The notes under the pieces were generated by a model. The model was not told where the DNA came from. It saw only the letters and a list, made by a program, of their open reading frames with translations, and ran no database searches. This document shows positions 47,230 through 58,196 of a DNA stretch of 64,000 nt, piece after piece; position 1 is the first letter of the stretch; each line of letters opens with the position of its first letter. The translations under genes and the position numbers were made by a program. Source of the DNA: Macrostomum lignano (taxonomy: Eukaryota); contig NIVC01000769.1 in the NCBI GenBank assembly GCA_002269645.1, forward strand, positions 248,882 through 312,881, given 5' to 3'.

Positions 47230-50200
47230 TCATACATAGACGCTTATCGTGTCATGAAATCCCGCAAGCGCCGCTTGAAGTTGCTTCAGTCGAGGCCGGC
47301 AGTCCGGTCGATAATGCCAGCAGCTGTGCATGATGGAGAATCTGAAATGTGTTAAAACCATCGACACAGCCTGATGGCTCCACATCTTTCCATCGCGTTT
47401 TCGAGAGGACAGGCGGTGTACATATTTGACAGCATTTTTTGCATTATCTGCGAGCTTAAATAGAAGTAGTGCCTCAAGTTCGATTCTGACTACTTGAAAT
47501 AGAGAATAAACCTCACAGCTGGTCCGGACAGTTGGTCGGCTTCGTCAATCTGAAGCCTTGGCGCAGATGGCGGCTCATCTCCAGCGGGTCAACTCGACTG
47601 TACGGCTGCTGGCACCTGGTGATGAGCTCCCAAAGCGTCACTCCCAGCGACCAAATGTCGGAGGCTGGCGAGAACTTTCGCTCGATCAGGGCTTCGACGG
47701 ACAGCCACTTGACTGGTCGGCTGTCGCCGTCCCCTGTGCACTCGTAGTCCGCCGGGAACAGGTCCTTGGCCAGGGCCGCGTCCCCGATGCGCACCGTACC
47801 GTCCGCCGTCAGGCTGCGGAGGGTGGCCAGGAGCAAGCTCTAGCAATGGACGCACTTTGTTATAAAGCTCTCAAAAAATCCTCACACGCAGTTGCGACAG
47901 GCGAGATCCCTGTGCACCACTTGCATGCGGTGCAGATAGGCCAGACCCTTGCCGATCTGCACCGCCATGTGCAGCAGCTGCTGTGTGGACAGGGTCTGGC
48001 GGAGGTAGTCGGGGGCGTACGAATTCTTAGTCTGCATGCGAGCGATACAGGGAGTTCTAGATAAGACCATCCGGATGGGGAAACCGACCGGTCACATCCA
48101 TTTTCCCTATTCTATCAAGATCAATAGATTTACTAGGCAGAGCTCCCGTGTTATTCAAGTGGCTTTCAAACGTTTTTTTCCTTGCCACAAAGCTGTCATT
48201 TTCATCACGCATTCGTCTATGCTTTCCGTGTTCCCAAAAATGGAATGAAGTTTTGTGTATGCACTAGCAGGATAAGCTTATGCAGAACCGAGCTTATTAA
48301 GGTTACAACAGATCGCCCTACTAACGAGTAGTAGGAAAGGACTGCAAAGGGAATCTTTTATTGTGTTGCACAAAGAGTTGCACACTGTAGATTCGAACGC
48401 TTGCCTACCGGTACTGGTGACTTCTTGTTCAAATCCCAGTTTTCGGGGGAAACATATTTAACAAGGTTAAAAAGAACTGAATTCCTACGAGTACTTAATA
48501 GGTAAGAAATTTGGGTCAATGAGAGTTTATCGCAAGTGAATTGCCCCGCGAGTGAAATTTCCCACTAGTGATTTGCTCGCGGAATGCATTAGCTTAGCAA
48601 GTAATTACCAGCGAAATTAAAAATCCTGCCTGTCATAACGTGACTCTCTGCTGCAACACCTGATGAAATTAAAAAATTGACCTGCAGTTGCTATCGAGTC
48701 ACTATCGGATTGACTTATTGAGCATTCCACGAAATATTGACCAGCAAATTCACTCCAGACAGAAAATTCTAATACCAAGGACAACTTTAGTAGAAGGACT
48801 CAACACTCGAAATCTATGGTAAATGTTTTGAAGGCCACTTTTCACCGAAAAATACACTACAGAGATTGGAGGTTTTAATTTTTCAGCACAAAAATTGTTA
48901 TTGCTTTCGATAGGAGGCAGACCCAGTGTTCATCTTTTGATATGTTGTGCCTTCCTTATAGCTCTATTGATATTCATAAAGCTTTTCGTTCAGAAAATTA
49001 GGATTCAAATGTTCAATTCTTATTCTAAGTACATTTGCATTTCTCCTGTGCCTAAAAATCATTAAAATGGCACGGCTCAGCTCATTGGTTTATGAATCCA
49101 TTTTGTCATTCTTAGCTGACTGTAACAATATGTGTAACAGAGATGATGAGGCCTTCAAAACATTTACCATAGATTTCGAGTGTTTCGTCCTATATACCGT
49201 GGCGCACAATGAATTGGGACTACCAAGTAAAATTATTTTTTTGGCATACTGGTCTTTGAACTAAATTCAAGTACTAAATTGGAAGTAAAACTTGTAGTAA
49301 TATTACTTTATGTTATTTATTTAGTATTTTGGCTCAATTTCCAGCAGTGTTTAGTTCAAAAAGCTGATATTTGAATGGGAAGTACAGTTTTAGGTTTAAC
49401 ATTGAAATAAGACCATATATAAATACTTGGGAAATAAGCCAAGCAAATGTCACTGATATCAAACTAACTACTCTAATACTTCGTAGCAGGTCCTTTTGAC
49501 TTAATCACACAGCATTGCACCGCCTAGGCATGCTGTCCACCAGCTTCTGGCACACTTCTGCCGCAATGGCAGCCCACGAGTCCTAAATGATACGGTACAG
49601 CTGATCAAGGGAAGCTGGCTGCTGCCTCTGGATGTCCGTCCCGCTCAACCCAGTTCCACCATTTCTTAATCGGATTGAGGTCTGGTGACTGCGCTGGCCA
49701 GTCCATGGTGCGGATGTTGTTCTCAGCAAGCCATGCATTCACAAACTTGGAGGTTTGCTTCGGATGGTTGTCCTGCTGAAACTGCCAGCTGTTCACTACA
49801 CCCAGTGGCAGCGCAACTACTGCCTCTTGTAGGTGGCTACCGAGGATGCCACGGTACTTCTGACTGTCCATGACGCCCTCAATGCGAGTTATTGGCCCAG
49901 GCCCAGCTCACAATCCAGCCCACACCATGACATTACCACCTCCATGCTTCATGGTACCAACGGTGCACCTGGGATCGAGTTCCTCACCAGCTCGGTGGCG
50001 CACATATTGGCGGCCGTCAGAATCAGTGCGGGAAATTTGCTCTCGTCACTCCAGTTGGTCTTGGCCCAGTCCTGGGGTGTCTAGCTTGCATGCTGCTTCG
50101 GCCAGTTCAAGCGCCGCTTCCCGGTTTTTGTCGGAGATAAACGGCTTCTTCCTAGCAATGCGGCCTTGCAGTCCAGCAGCTACCAGACGGCGGCGGACAG

Positions 50201-53200
50201 TCATGGGGTGCAGCTGGACACCACTGGGCACCAGAAGTTCACGGCTGATGTCCACAGCGGTGAGCCGACGGTTTGACTCGGACACTCGCACAATTCGTCG
50301 ATCCAGTCCGTGGTCAGTTTTCGGTGCCCTGCCAGGTCTTGGGGCACAGCCTGTGCTGCCTGTGCTGCTGAGGCGCCTGAGGGCTTGCTGGACGCGTGTT
50401 TTTTTTACTTTCCCAGCTGCGTGGCTTTGGCTCGCTGGGAAACTCCTTGGTCGAACAGGATCTTTATTTTGCTACACGACTCAGGCGATAGAGCTCTGCC
50501 TTTTCCCATTCTGGGAGAGTTCAAGATCATTTTTTGCTTGGAGTAGTATTCATTCATAGTAATTCATTGTGCGCCACTGTATATGTTACTTGAGTAGTCC
50601 TTGTCTAATACTCCATGAGCGACAGTCTACGGGAATGCGGGGCTGTAATGCTCACGCTCACGTGGTCCGGCCGGCCGGCGCGGCTGTCGATCAAGCGCAG
50701 CTTCAGGTTGCCGCCAGCCGGGTTGGGGTAGATCAGGTGCGGCCTGGGATCGCCGGGCGGCATGGTCGAGGCAAGCAGCGGATTGACGTGCCTGTGCTGC
50801 AGGCCGGCCAGCAGGACTCCCGACTGCGACACGGCGCTCAGCTGGTCAAGCCGGGCAGCCTCTGCTCGTGCAGCGATGAAGGAAAAACGGCAGCTGAGCC
50901 TTTCATTGTCCGGTTTAACTGGACAGCTTACTCGACCTCCCATTAAGTTTTTTGAGTTCAGGACCTAGAGTGAGCACACCTGTGCTTGTCTTCAGGACCT
51001 AGTGTGAGAAACACCTGTGCTTGTCTTCAGGACCTAGTGTGAGCACACCTGTGCTTGTCTTCAAGATTTAGAGTGAGCACACCTGTGCTTTCATACAGGG
51101 CCAGAGTGAGCACACCTGTGCTTTCATACAGGGCCAGAGTGAGCACACCTGTGCTTTTCATACAGGGCCAGAGTGAGCACACCTGTGCTTTTCATACAGG
51201 GCCAGAGTGAGCACACCTGTGCTTGCCTTCAGGACCTAGTGTGAGAAACACCTGTGCTTGTCTTCAGGACCTAGTGTGAGCACACCTGTGCTTGTCTTCA
51301 AGACCTAGAGTGAGCACACCTGTGCTTTCATACAGGGCCAGAGTGAGCACACCTGTGCTTTCATACAGGGCCAGAGTGAGCACACCTGTGCTTTTCATAC
51401 AGGGCCAGAGTGAGCACACCTGTGCTTTTCATACAGGGCCAGAGTGAGCACACCTGTGCTTTTCATACAGGGCCAGAGTGAGCACACCTGTGCTTTCATA
51501 CAGGGCCAGAGTGAGCAAATGAGCAACCATCTAGCCGCAACTTGATGGGTTGCTGAACACCAGAACCCATCTCTTAATTGCCTGCAGCCGGTCATTAATT
51601 AGATATTTATCCTGAGTTTACAGTTATGCTGTTCTAAATTGACTTGGCCAGCGGAAACAAAACTGCTCTGCTTTTTTAACATCGATTTATCAGTGGATTA
51701 ATAACTTTTTCCATAGGCGTAATGGAACTGGCGAGCTGGAATAGTTTTTCTCTGCTAGATTATTAAGTTCGTATGCCGCTATTCCAAGCTAGCAAGCTTG
51801 CTCTAAGCAATTCCTGCATTCCAATCGATGCCTCACTGGCTGTCGGCTTCGACCAGGCCTGTTCCCACGCACACCCGTCAGCCCCCGGAGAGCCCGCTGC
51901 CGCTCAACCCGCAGCTTCTCGACGCTCACTTTGCCTGGCAATCAGGAAATTGCATTCGACCGGGACTGCGATGCCCAAGGTTGGGAAACAGGGGGCGGGG
52001 CTGCGTGAGAAATATCCCACGCCATCCAACGTTTCCCATCGGGACTGCGGGTAGTTGGTTGGTTTTCGTTTCCACTGGCTAAACGCACTTTGCTGTCCAG
52101 TTTGTAATCGCCTGGCAGTTGCGGATAGAGGGACGATAAATTCGCTCAAAGAGCTTAGATGAGAGAAGAGTGACATAGTTTGCTTGTGTTTTTTTCGGCA
52201 GAAATGTGCTTTTATAGTTGGATCCGAGAAATTCTAAAATCGTGCGTTTATTGATGTCTATGAATTTAGTGCTTTGGAATGGGATTGTGTTGGAATCATG
52301 CTTTGCAGAATTGCGGTGTTGGAATGGGAGTTGGAGTTGCGGAGTTGGAACTGAGGTGCTGTAATTGGGGCTGGCGGAGTTGAAGTGCTGGAATCTGGGT
52401 GGCTGGAATTGGGATGCTGGAATTGGGGTGCTGGAATTGGGGTGCTGGAACCTGGGTGGCTGGAATTGGGATGCTGGAATTGGGGTGCTGGATTTGGGGT
52501 GCTGGAATTGGGTTGCTGGAATTGGGGTGCTGGAATTGGGGTGCTGGAACCTGAGTGGCTGGAATTGGGATGCTGGAATTGGGGTGCTGGAATTGGGGTA
52601 CTGGAATTGGGGTACTGGAATTGGGGTGCTGGAATTAGGGCGCTGGAATTGGAATGCTGGAACCTGGGTGGCTGGAATTGGGATGCTGGAATTGGGGTGC
52701 TGGAACCTGGGTGGCTGGAATTGGGATGCTGGAATTGGGGTGCTGGATTTGGGGTGCTGGAATTGGGGTGCTGGAATCTGGGTGCTGGAATTGGGATGCT
52801 ATAATCTGGGTGGCTGGAATTGGGGTGCTGGAATCTGGGTGCTGGAATTGGGATGCTGGAATTGGGGTGCTGAAATTAGGGTGTTGAAATCGAAGTGTTG
52901 GAGTTGGGTGGCGTTGGAATATGCTGGTAAAATTTGGAGTTAGTTTTAATCAGCATCCCCAATCATCGATTACCATACATGTAATTATGAACGTTAATTG
53001 GCTAAACCGAAATCGCCCTCGATTCAGCCACTCACCGACCACTGTCTTGATCAGCACCTCCTCGCGCCCACTCTTGACGATGTTCCTACCACGGCCGTGG
53101 GGCGGCTCCCAGCTGCCTCGGTACACCAGACCGTAGCAGCCTGCAGTGTGGCGGGCGTGCTTCAGAGTTCTCACGCAGCCAGCACCTGAAATATCTGGAC

Positions 53201-56200
53201 CGAAGTCAATATATCTGGTCACAGGGCTCACCTTCCATTAGGGTGTACTCAAGGCTGACTGTATGCCACGCGGTTTGAACCTTCAACAGAATGTCCCGAG
53301 GGCTACTGATGCGGCGTTGCACTATGGGTGAGGCGCCCAACTGGTGGCTGGGCTGGTCTGCAGGCGGTGGAGCGAGGATAGGGATTTAATCTTAGATATT
53401 AGACATCTACCTTAGACATCTACTCTGAGCCTTAGACATCTACTCTGAGCCTTAGACATCTACTCTGAGCCTTAGACATCTACTCTGAGCCTTAGACATC
53501 TACTCTGAGCCTTAGACATCTACTCTGAGCCTTAGACATCTACTCTGAGCCTTAGACATCTACTCTGAGCCTTAGACATCTACTCTGAGCCTTAGACATC
53601 TACTCTGAGCCTTAGACATCTACTCTGAGCCTTAGACATCTACTCTGAGCCTTAGACATCTACTCTGAGCCTTAGACATCTACTCTGAGCCTTAGACATC
53701 TACTCTGAGCCTTAGACATCTACTTTGAGCCTAATGGGCTGTAGTCTAGTGATTAGAGCGTCGGACTCACGATTTAAAGGTCGGGGGTTCCATTCTCGAC
53801 CCACTCGGAACAATTTGTGTCCTTGAGCAAGACACAACTCTGCATTGCTTCAGTTCACCCAGCTGTAAAATGGGTGCCAGCATTAGCTGGGGTAATTGAG
53901 GCTGTGTGTGGCGACCCCCCAGTCCTTGGACTGAACAGCCGTACGCAGCCTTCAGATGCGCCGAGCAATAACTGCGGCTGAGCTGTTGGTTGTACATCTG
54001 ACCAACTGGGGCAGGTGCAATCAATTGTTATTATTATTTTCTCTTAAATAAGGCTGAGACATTTTCTCTCAGCCTTAGACATCTCTCAGCCTTGGATATC
54101 TCTCAGCCCTAGACATCTACGAGTACTCTCTTAGCCTTAGACATCTACTCTCTCAGCCTTAGACCACTACTCTGAGCCTTAGACATTCTCACTCAGCCTA
54201 TTTATTGTGAGTTATACACAGCTTTCAGAAATTGAATCAATAGGAGCATTCCCAGATCTATAATTCTCAGCGTCGTCTCACTGGAGGAGGTGGCCCTGCT
54301 GGTCAGGCTGCAGCTGTCCGACCCGTCGCTCCAAATCACTGCCGTGCTCTGCAGCGTGCGGCCTTTTAACGCCGCCGCTTTGCCAGCCGACGCAGCTGCG
54401 GTGGCGGCGCCAGAGCTGGCCTTTTTCAAGCGGAAGCAGCGGCATAGCAGCAGGTAGGTGACCGCTGCCGCGGCCAGCAGCGCCACAAGCAACACAAACA
54501 GCAGCGGGAGCAGCAGTCTCAATGCCGCTGGCGTGCGCACCGCGACAGCCGCCTGATTGGTTTCAGAGAGAACTGACTGCTCTCGTGTCTCTGCTGTAGA
54601 CTTGTTATCTGACTTTGGCTTCTCTTCTGTAAATTTTTCAATGAAATCAAGCTTTAAATTCATTGAGAGAGTTTGACGTATTTTTGTATTTAATATACGA
54701 GTGTAATTGGTAGTTAACTTCTGGCTTTTGCTCTCCAAGATACTTCAATTTTTATCACAACACCCTTCCCAATACCCCAGTTCCCTTCCCACCACCCCAG
54801 TTCCCTTCCCATCCCCTCCAATTCTCCTCCCACCACCCCAGTTCCCTTCCCACCACCCCAGTTCCCTTCCCACCACCCCAGTTTCCTTCCCACCACCCCA
54901 GTTCCCTTCCCACCACCCCAATTCCCTTCCCACCACCCCAATTCCCTTCCCACCACCCCAGTTCCCTTCCCACCACCCCAGTTTCCTTCCCACCACCCCA
55001 GTTCCCTTCCCACCACCCCAATTCCCTTCCCACCACCCCAGTTCCCTTCCCACCACCCCAGTTCCCTTCCCACCACCCCAGTTCCCTTCCACCACCCCAG
55101 TTCCCTTCCCACCACCCCAGTTCCCTTCCCACCACCCCAGTTCCCTTCCCACCACCCCAGTTCTCCTCCCACCACCCCAGTTCCCTTCCCACCATCCCAG
55201 TTCCCTTCCCACCACCCCAGTTCCCTTCCCACCACCCCGGTTCCCTTCCCACCACCCCAGTTCCCTTCCCACCACCCCAGTTCCCTTCCTACCGCTCAGC
55301 AAACTCCGGCGATTCCCGGCAGTCCGGCCGCACAATTTTCGCCTGCGAATCCGCAGTTGCACAGGCGGCTCGCCAGGCCGTAGGGTGACATTCAGCAGGA
55401 TGGCCAGCGGAACCTCGGCGAGCGCTGCCCCAGTGCAGGGTAGCGAGGCGTCGAATGCTGCAATTTAAACAAAAGCGATTGTAAAAAAATTCGGCATAGC
55501 TTTCGTTCTGAGAAAAATATTCGTCTACTGGCCAATAATTTTGCTCCCTTTCCGTCAACCTTTGCAGTCGTTATCACCTTCTGTCTCCTTTACGTCTTTC
55601 GACGCCAAGAATTGCCTTATTTTTCGAAGCTTTATTGGATAGAAAAGCAGGGCGAAGTACATGTGCTTCCATTTTGATTTGCTTTTCTCTTGGCTGTCAC
55701 ACCTGGCGCCTCTCCGATCCCCCCACATTAAACCAGGACACACACACTATTCACCTTAGGCCGCTCAATCCCTCAGTCTCGTGTCCTCAGTCCCTCAGTT
55801 TCAGTCCCTCAGCCTCAGTCCCTCAGTCTCGTGTCTTCAGTCATTAGCCCCTCAGTCCCTTTTGTCCCACAGTTACTCAATTCCAGTATCGTGTACTCAG
55901 TCCCTCAACCTCAGTCCCTCAGTACCTCAGTCCCTCAGTCTCATGTCCTCAGTCCCCCAGTCTCATGTCCTCAATCCCTCAGTCTCACTTCCTCAATCTC
56001 TCAGTCTTAGATCCTCAACCCAGTATCCCTACTTGAGTCGGCGTGCGGCACGAATCCCTGGGCAGCAATGCTTAACACTGGCGAGCCCATGGCTTTCTGG
56101 TCCTCCACCGAGAAGCCGATCGAGTAGGGCATCTGAAATTATTGTATCGCTTACGAATAGATTACGCGTTCACTGCTAAAACTAGACGAATTAATTAAAT

Positions 56201-57177
56201 AATCACTTCACGTTGACTGCGAGCTACATTGCGAGCTCAATTACATTGCGACCATCTAACTGTCCCCAAAGTGGTATCAAATGCGAAAGCAAAAGTGGCA
56301 AAATATGCCATTATTGGTGGAAAAGCGAGTTTTTTGTTGTTCCAAAACAGTTGGCTTTTCTTCCAACCGCCGATAGCCCACTCGCCTCGTGGCCGGCCCT
56401 GTTGGCCCAGCGAAATCGCAGCTTTGCCACCGACAGCGGCACGGAGATGCTGAAGCCGAGCGCGTATTTGTTCACCGTGCCATTGAACACGTAAAAGACC
56501 CTGGAGGCGTTGCCTGATCCTGCGGGTTGAGCCAGTCTGCCTTTCATAGGGCCTGTCCTTGTGTCTGTCTCAGTGTCTGACCGGGTGTCTGTCATGTCTG
56601 TCCTAGTGTTTATGTGTCTGTCCTAGTGTCTCTCCGGGTGTCTGTCCTAGTGCTTCTGTGCCTGTCCTAGTGTTTCTGTGCCTATCCTAGTGTTTTTGTG
56701 TCTATCCTATTGTTTTAGTGTCTCCGGGTGTCTGTCCTAGTGTTTATGTGTCTGTCCTAGTGTCTGTCCGGGTGTCTATCCTAGTGTTTTTGTGTCTGTC
56801 CTAGTGTTTTTGTGTCTATCCTATTGTTTTAGTGTCTCCGGGTGTCTGTCCTAGTGTTCTAGTGTTTGTCCGTGGTGTCTGTCCTAGTGTTCTAGTGTTT
56901 GTCCGGGGTGTCTGTCTTAGTGTTCTAGTTTTGTCCGTGGTGTCTGTCTTAGTGTCTATCATATTGTTTTAGTGTCCGTCCTAGTGTCTATCTAACTTAG
57001 TTTCTGTTAGAATTAGTGAGGCTGATTCACAGCCAGATTAATAAGAAACTTACTGACAGCAGCTCTCATATCATTGCGGGTCACATAGAGGTCAAGCAGT
57101 CCAGCACCGAGAGGCAAACTCTCGAGCAGCCCTAGTAGAAGCAGCATCATCATCAGTGGTGCCAGCTTCTCAGCCAT
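47230..57177 (-). CDS. RYK: RYK/Derailed Wnt-binding receptor tyrosine pseudokinase; exons 57054-57177, 56386-56519, 56033-56132, 55293-55457, 54282-54626, 53232-53357, 53036-53140, 50662-50861, 47886-47995, 47517-47813, 47230-47341
   Basis: Signal peptide; WIF domain (FYVFNGTVNKYALGFSISVP..LRFRW; MPYSIGF..AMGSP..QGFVP; CTG..EV..RRRKLC); TM helix; kinase with EGCYG, VLIKTV, GNLKL, HRDLACRNCV, DAALAKDLFP, RPVKWLSVE, SDIWSLGVTLWEL; PDZ-binding C-terminus VYV. All splice phases are consistent. Confidence 0.93.
49197..50579 (-). mobile_element. Tc1/mariner DNA transposon, full-bounded but inactivated, in RYK intron 8
   Basis: 19-bp TIRs (CCGTGGCGCACAATGAATT / AATTCATTGTGCGCCACTG, 18/19 match), each flanked by TA. 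Minus-strand transposase fragments RRLTAVDISREL..TVRRRLVAAGL.GRIARKKPFIS and FQQDNHPKQTSK..WPAQSPDLNPIK, broken by frameshifts. Confidence 0.92.
50960..51517. repeat. 33/34-bp minisatellite (GAGTGAGCACACCTGTGCTTTCATACAGGGCCA plus a CTTCAGGACCTA variant) in RYK intron 7
   Basis: About 16 copies of two variants in a duplicated block arrangement. Confidence 0.94.
52300..52920. repeat. 14-bp minisatellite (GGAATTGGGGTGCT) in RYK intron 7
   Basis: About 40 imperfect copies. Confidence 0.94.
53400..53733. repeat. 20-bp minisatellite (TTAGACATCTACTCTGAGCC) in RYK intron 5
   Basis: About 16 near-perfect copies; degenerate copies resume at ~54065-54200. Confidence 0.96.
53736..54037 (+). mobile_element. 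tRNA-derived SINE family B with CORE-like central domain
   Basis: GGGCTGTAGTCTAGTGATTAGAGCG (A box), GGTTCCATTCTC (B-box-like), GTGTCCTTGAGCAAGACAC..GCTTCAGTTCACCCAGCTGTAAAATGGG (53817-53874, resembling the recalled MIR/CORE consensus), TTA-repeat tail. Confidence 0.75.
54770..55290. repeat. 20-bp purine/pyrimidine-asymmetric minisatellite (CAGTTCCCTTCCCACCACCC) in RYK intron 4
   Basis: About 26 copies; begins at the donor dinucleotide (55292). Confidence 0.96.
55765..56010. repeat. Degenerate 8-bp repeat (CTCAGTCC) in RYK intron 3
   Basis: Direct reading. Confidence 0.85.
56558..56995. repeat. Degenerate TGTCTGTCCTAGTG repeat in RYK intron 1
   Basis: Direct reading. Confidence 0.88.
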
Positions 57178-58196
57178 GTTAGCGCAGCCTGTTGAGGCTG
57201 AGTTGGCATCGGCATGTTGCAATTTGTTTGGATATTTGAGCAACTGCGGAGCAAATGGACTCCGCGGTTGGCTTTCCACCAATCGCCAGTCGAAAATAAA
57301 AGATCGCCGAGTCAGTTAATCCAGTTGCCTACTTCTAGTAGCTAATTGACATGTATTTTGAAAGCCAATAATGTTGAATTACAGTTAATGAGCGCGCTAC
57401 AGTCGCAATTCAGACCGAAGAGGCATTTTCAGTTTTTAGTTATTATTTCTCACTACATATAACTCTAACTCCGTATCAGTTATTACAGGCGCTCTGCTCG
57501 AACTCGTTAATAAATTACCCAAATACTTCTCAGACACTACATGATTGCTACCCAGACACTGCTCGAATGCTAGTCGGAAACTACTCAGACACTACTCGGA
57601 CACTACTCGGATATTACTCGGACACTACTCTGAGTACACTACACTCGTTTTGTGTGCTAATATTATCGAGTTATATTACGAAGAGACTAGATAGCACCTA
57701 GCTTTATTCGTTTAGTGTATGCTCGTAAGTTTCACGTTTACAAGTTAACGAACTCATTGCTTGAACATTACGGCCTATTGATGTCACTACGAAGGTAGGC
57801 TAACTTGTACGTAGACCCAGAGAAACAGGTAGAAAAAGCAGAAGCACAGTAAGACTTTCTCCGGTTGCAAGTAAATTGCCCTTACTTTTTAACCAAAAAT
57901 TTTTCCTGGATACTACGAGTACTATAAAATAAAGCATTAAAATGTCAAATACAAGGTAAATGCAAGCTATCATTTATAGTTTCGGCTCATATGATTTTTG
58001 TTTCGGCCTGAATGTTATAAAAACCGGTTAAAAAGATTCAAACCAAAATTAGAGTAGACAGTTAAAGCAAAACTTTAATCAGCCCTCAATGCCGCAAACA
58101 TGTATATTTGTTTCAGTCGATTCCGCTTATTCCGATAAAGTTAAAAAAGAGAAAGAAAAACGGTTTCTACTCAACAGTCTGTCAAAGTAAATTTTG

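Noticed and set aside
48546-48582. CCGCGAG...CTCGCGG inverted repeat
   Set aside because: Only a 7-bp stem; expected by chance in 64 kb.
52365-52943. Gly/Trp/Cys-rich ORFs (also 54707-55468 and 37956-38548)
   Set aside because: Translations of intronic minisatellites inside RYK and KDM8.
53400-53733. 20-bp perfect array as CRISPR or a functional RNA cluster
   Set aside because: No spacers; it is an intronic minisatellite of RYK.
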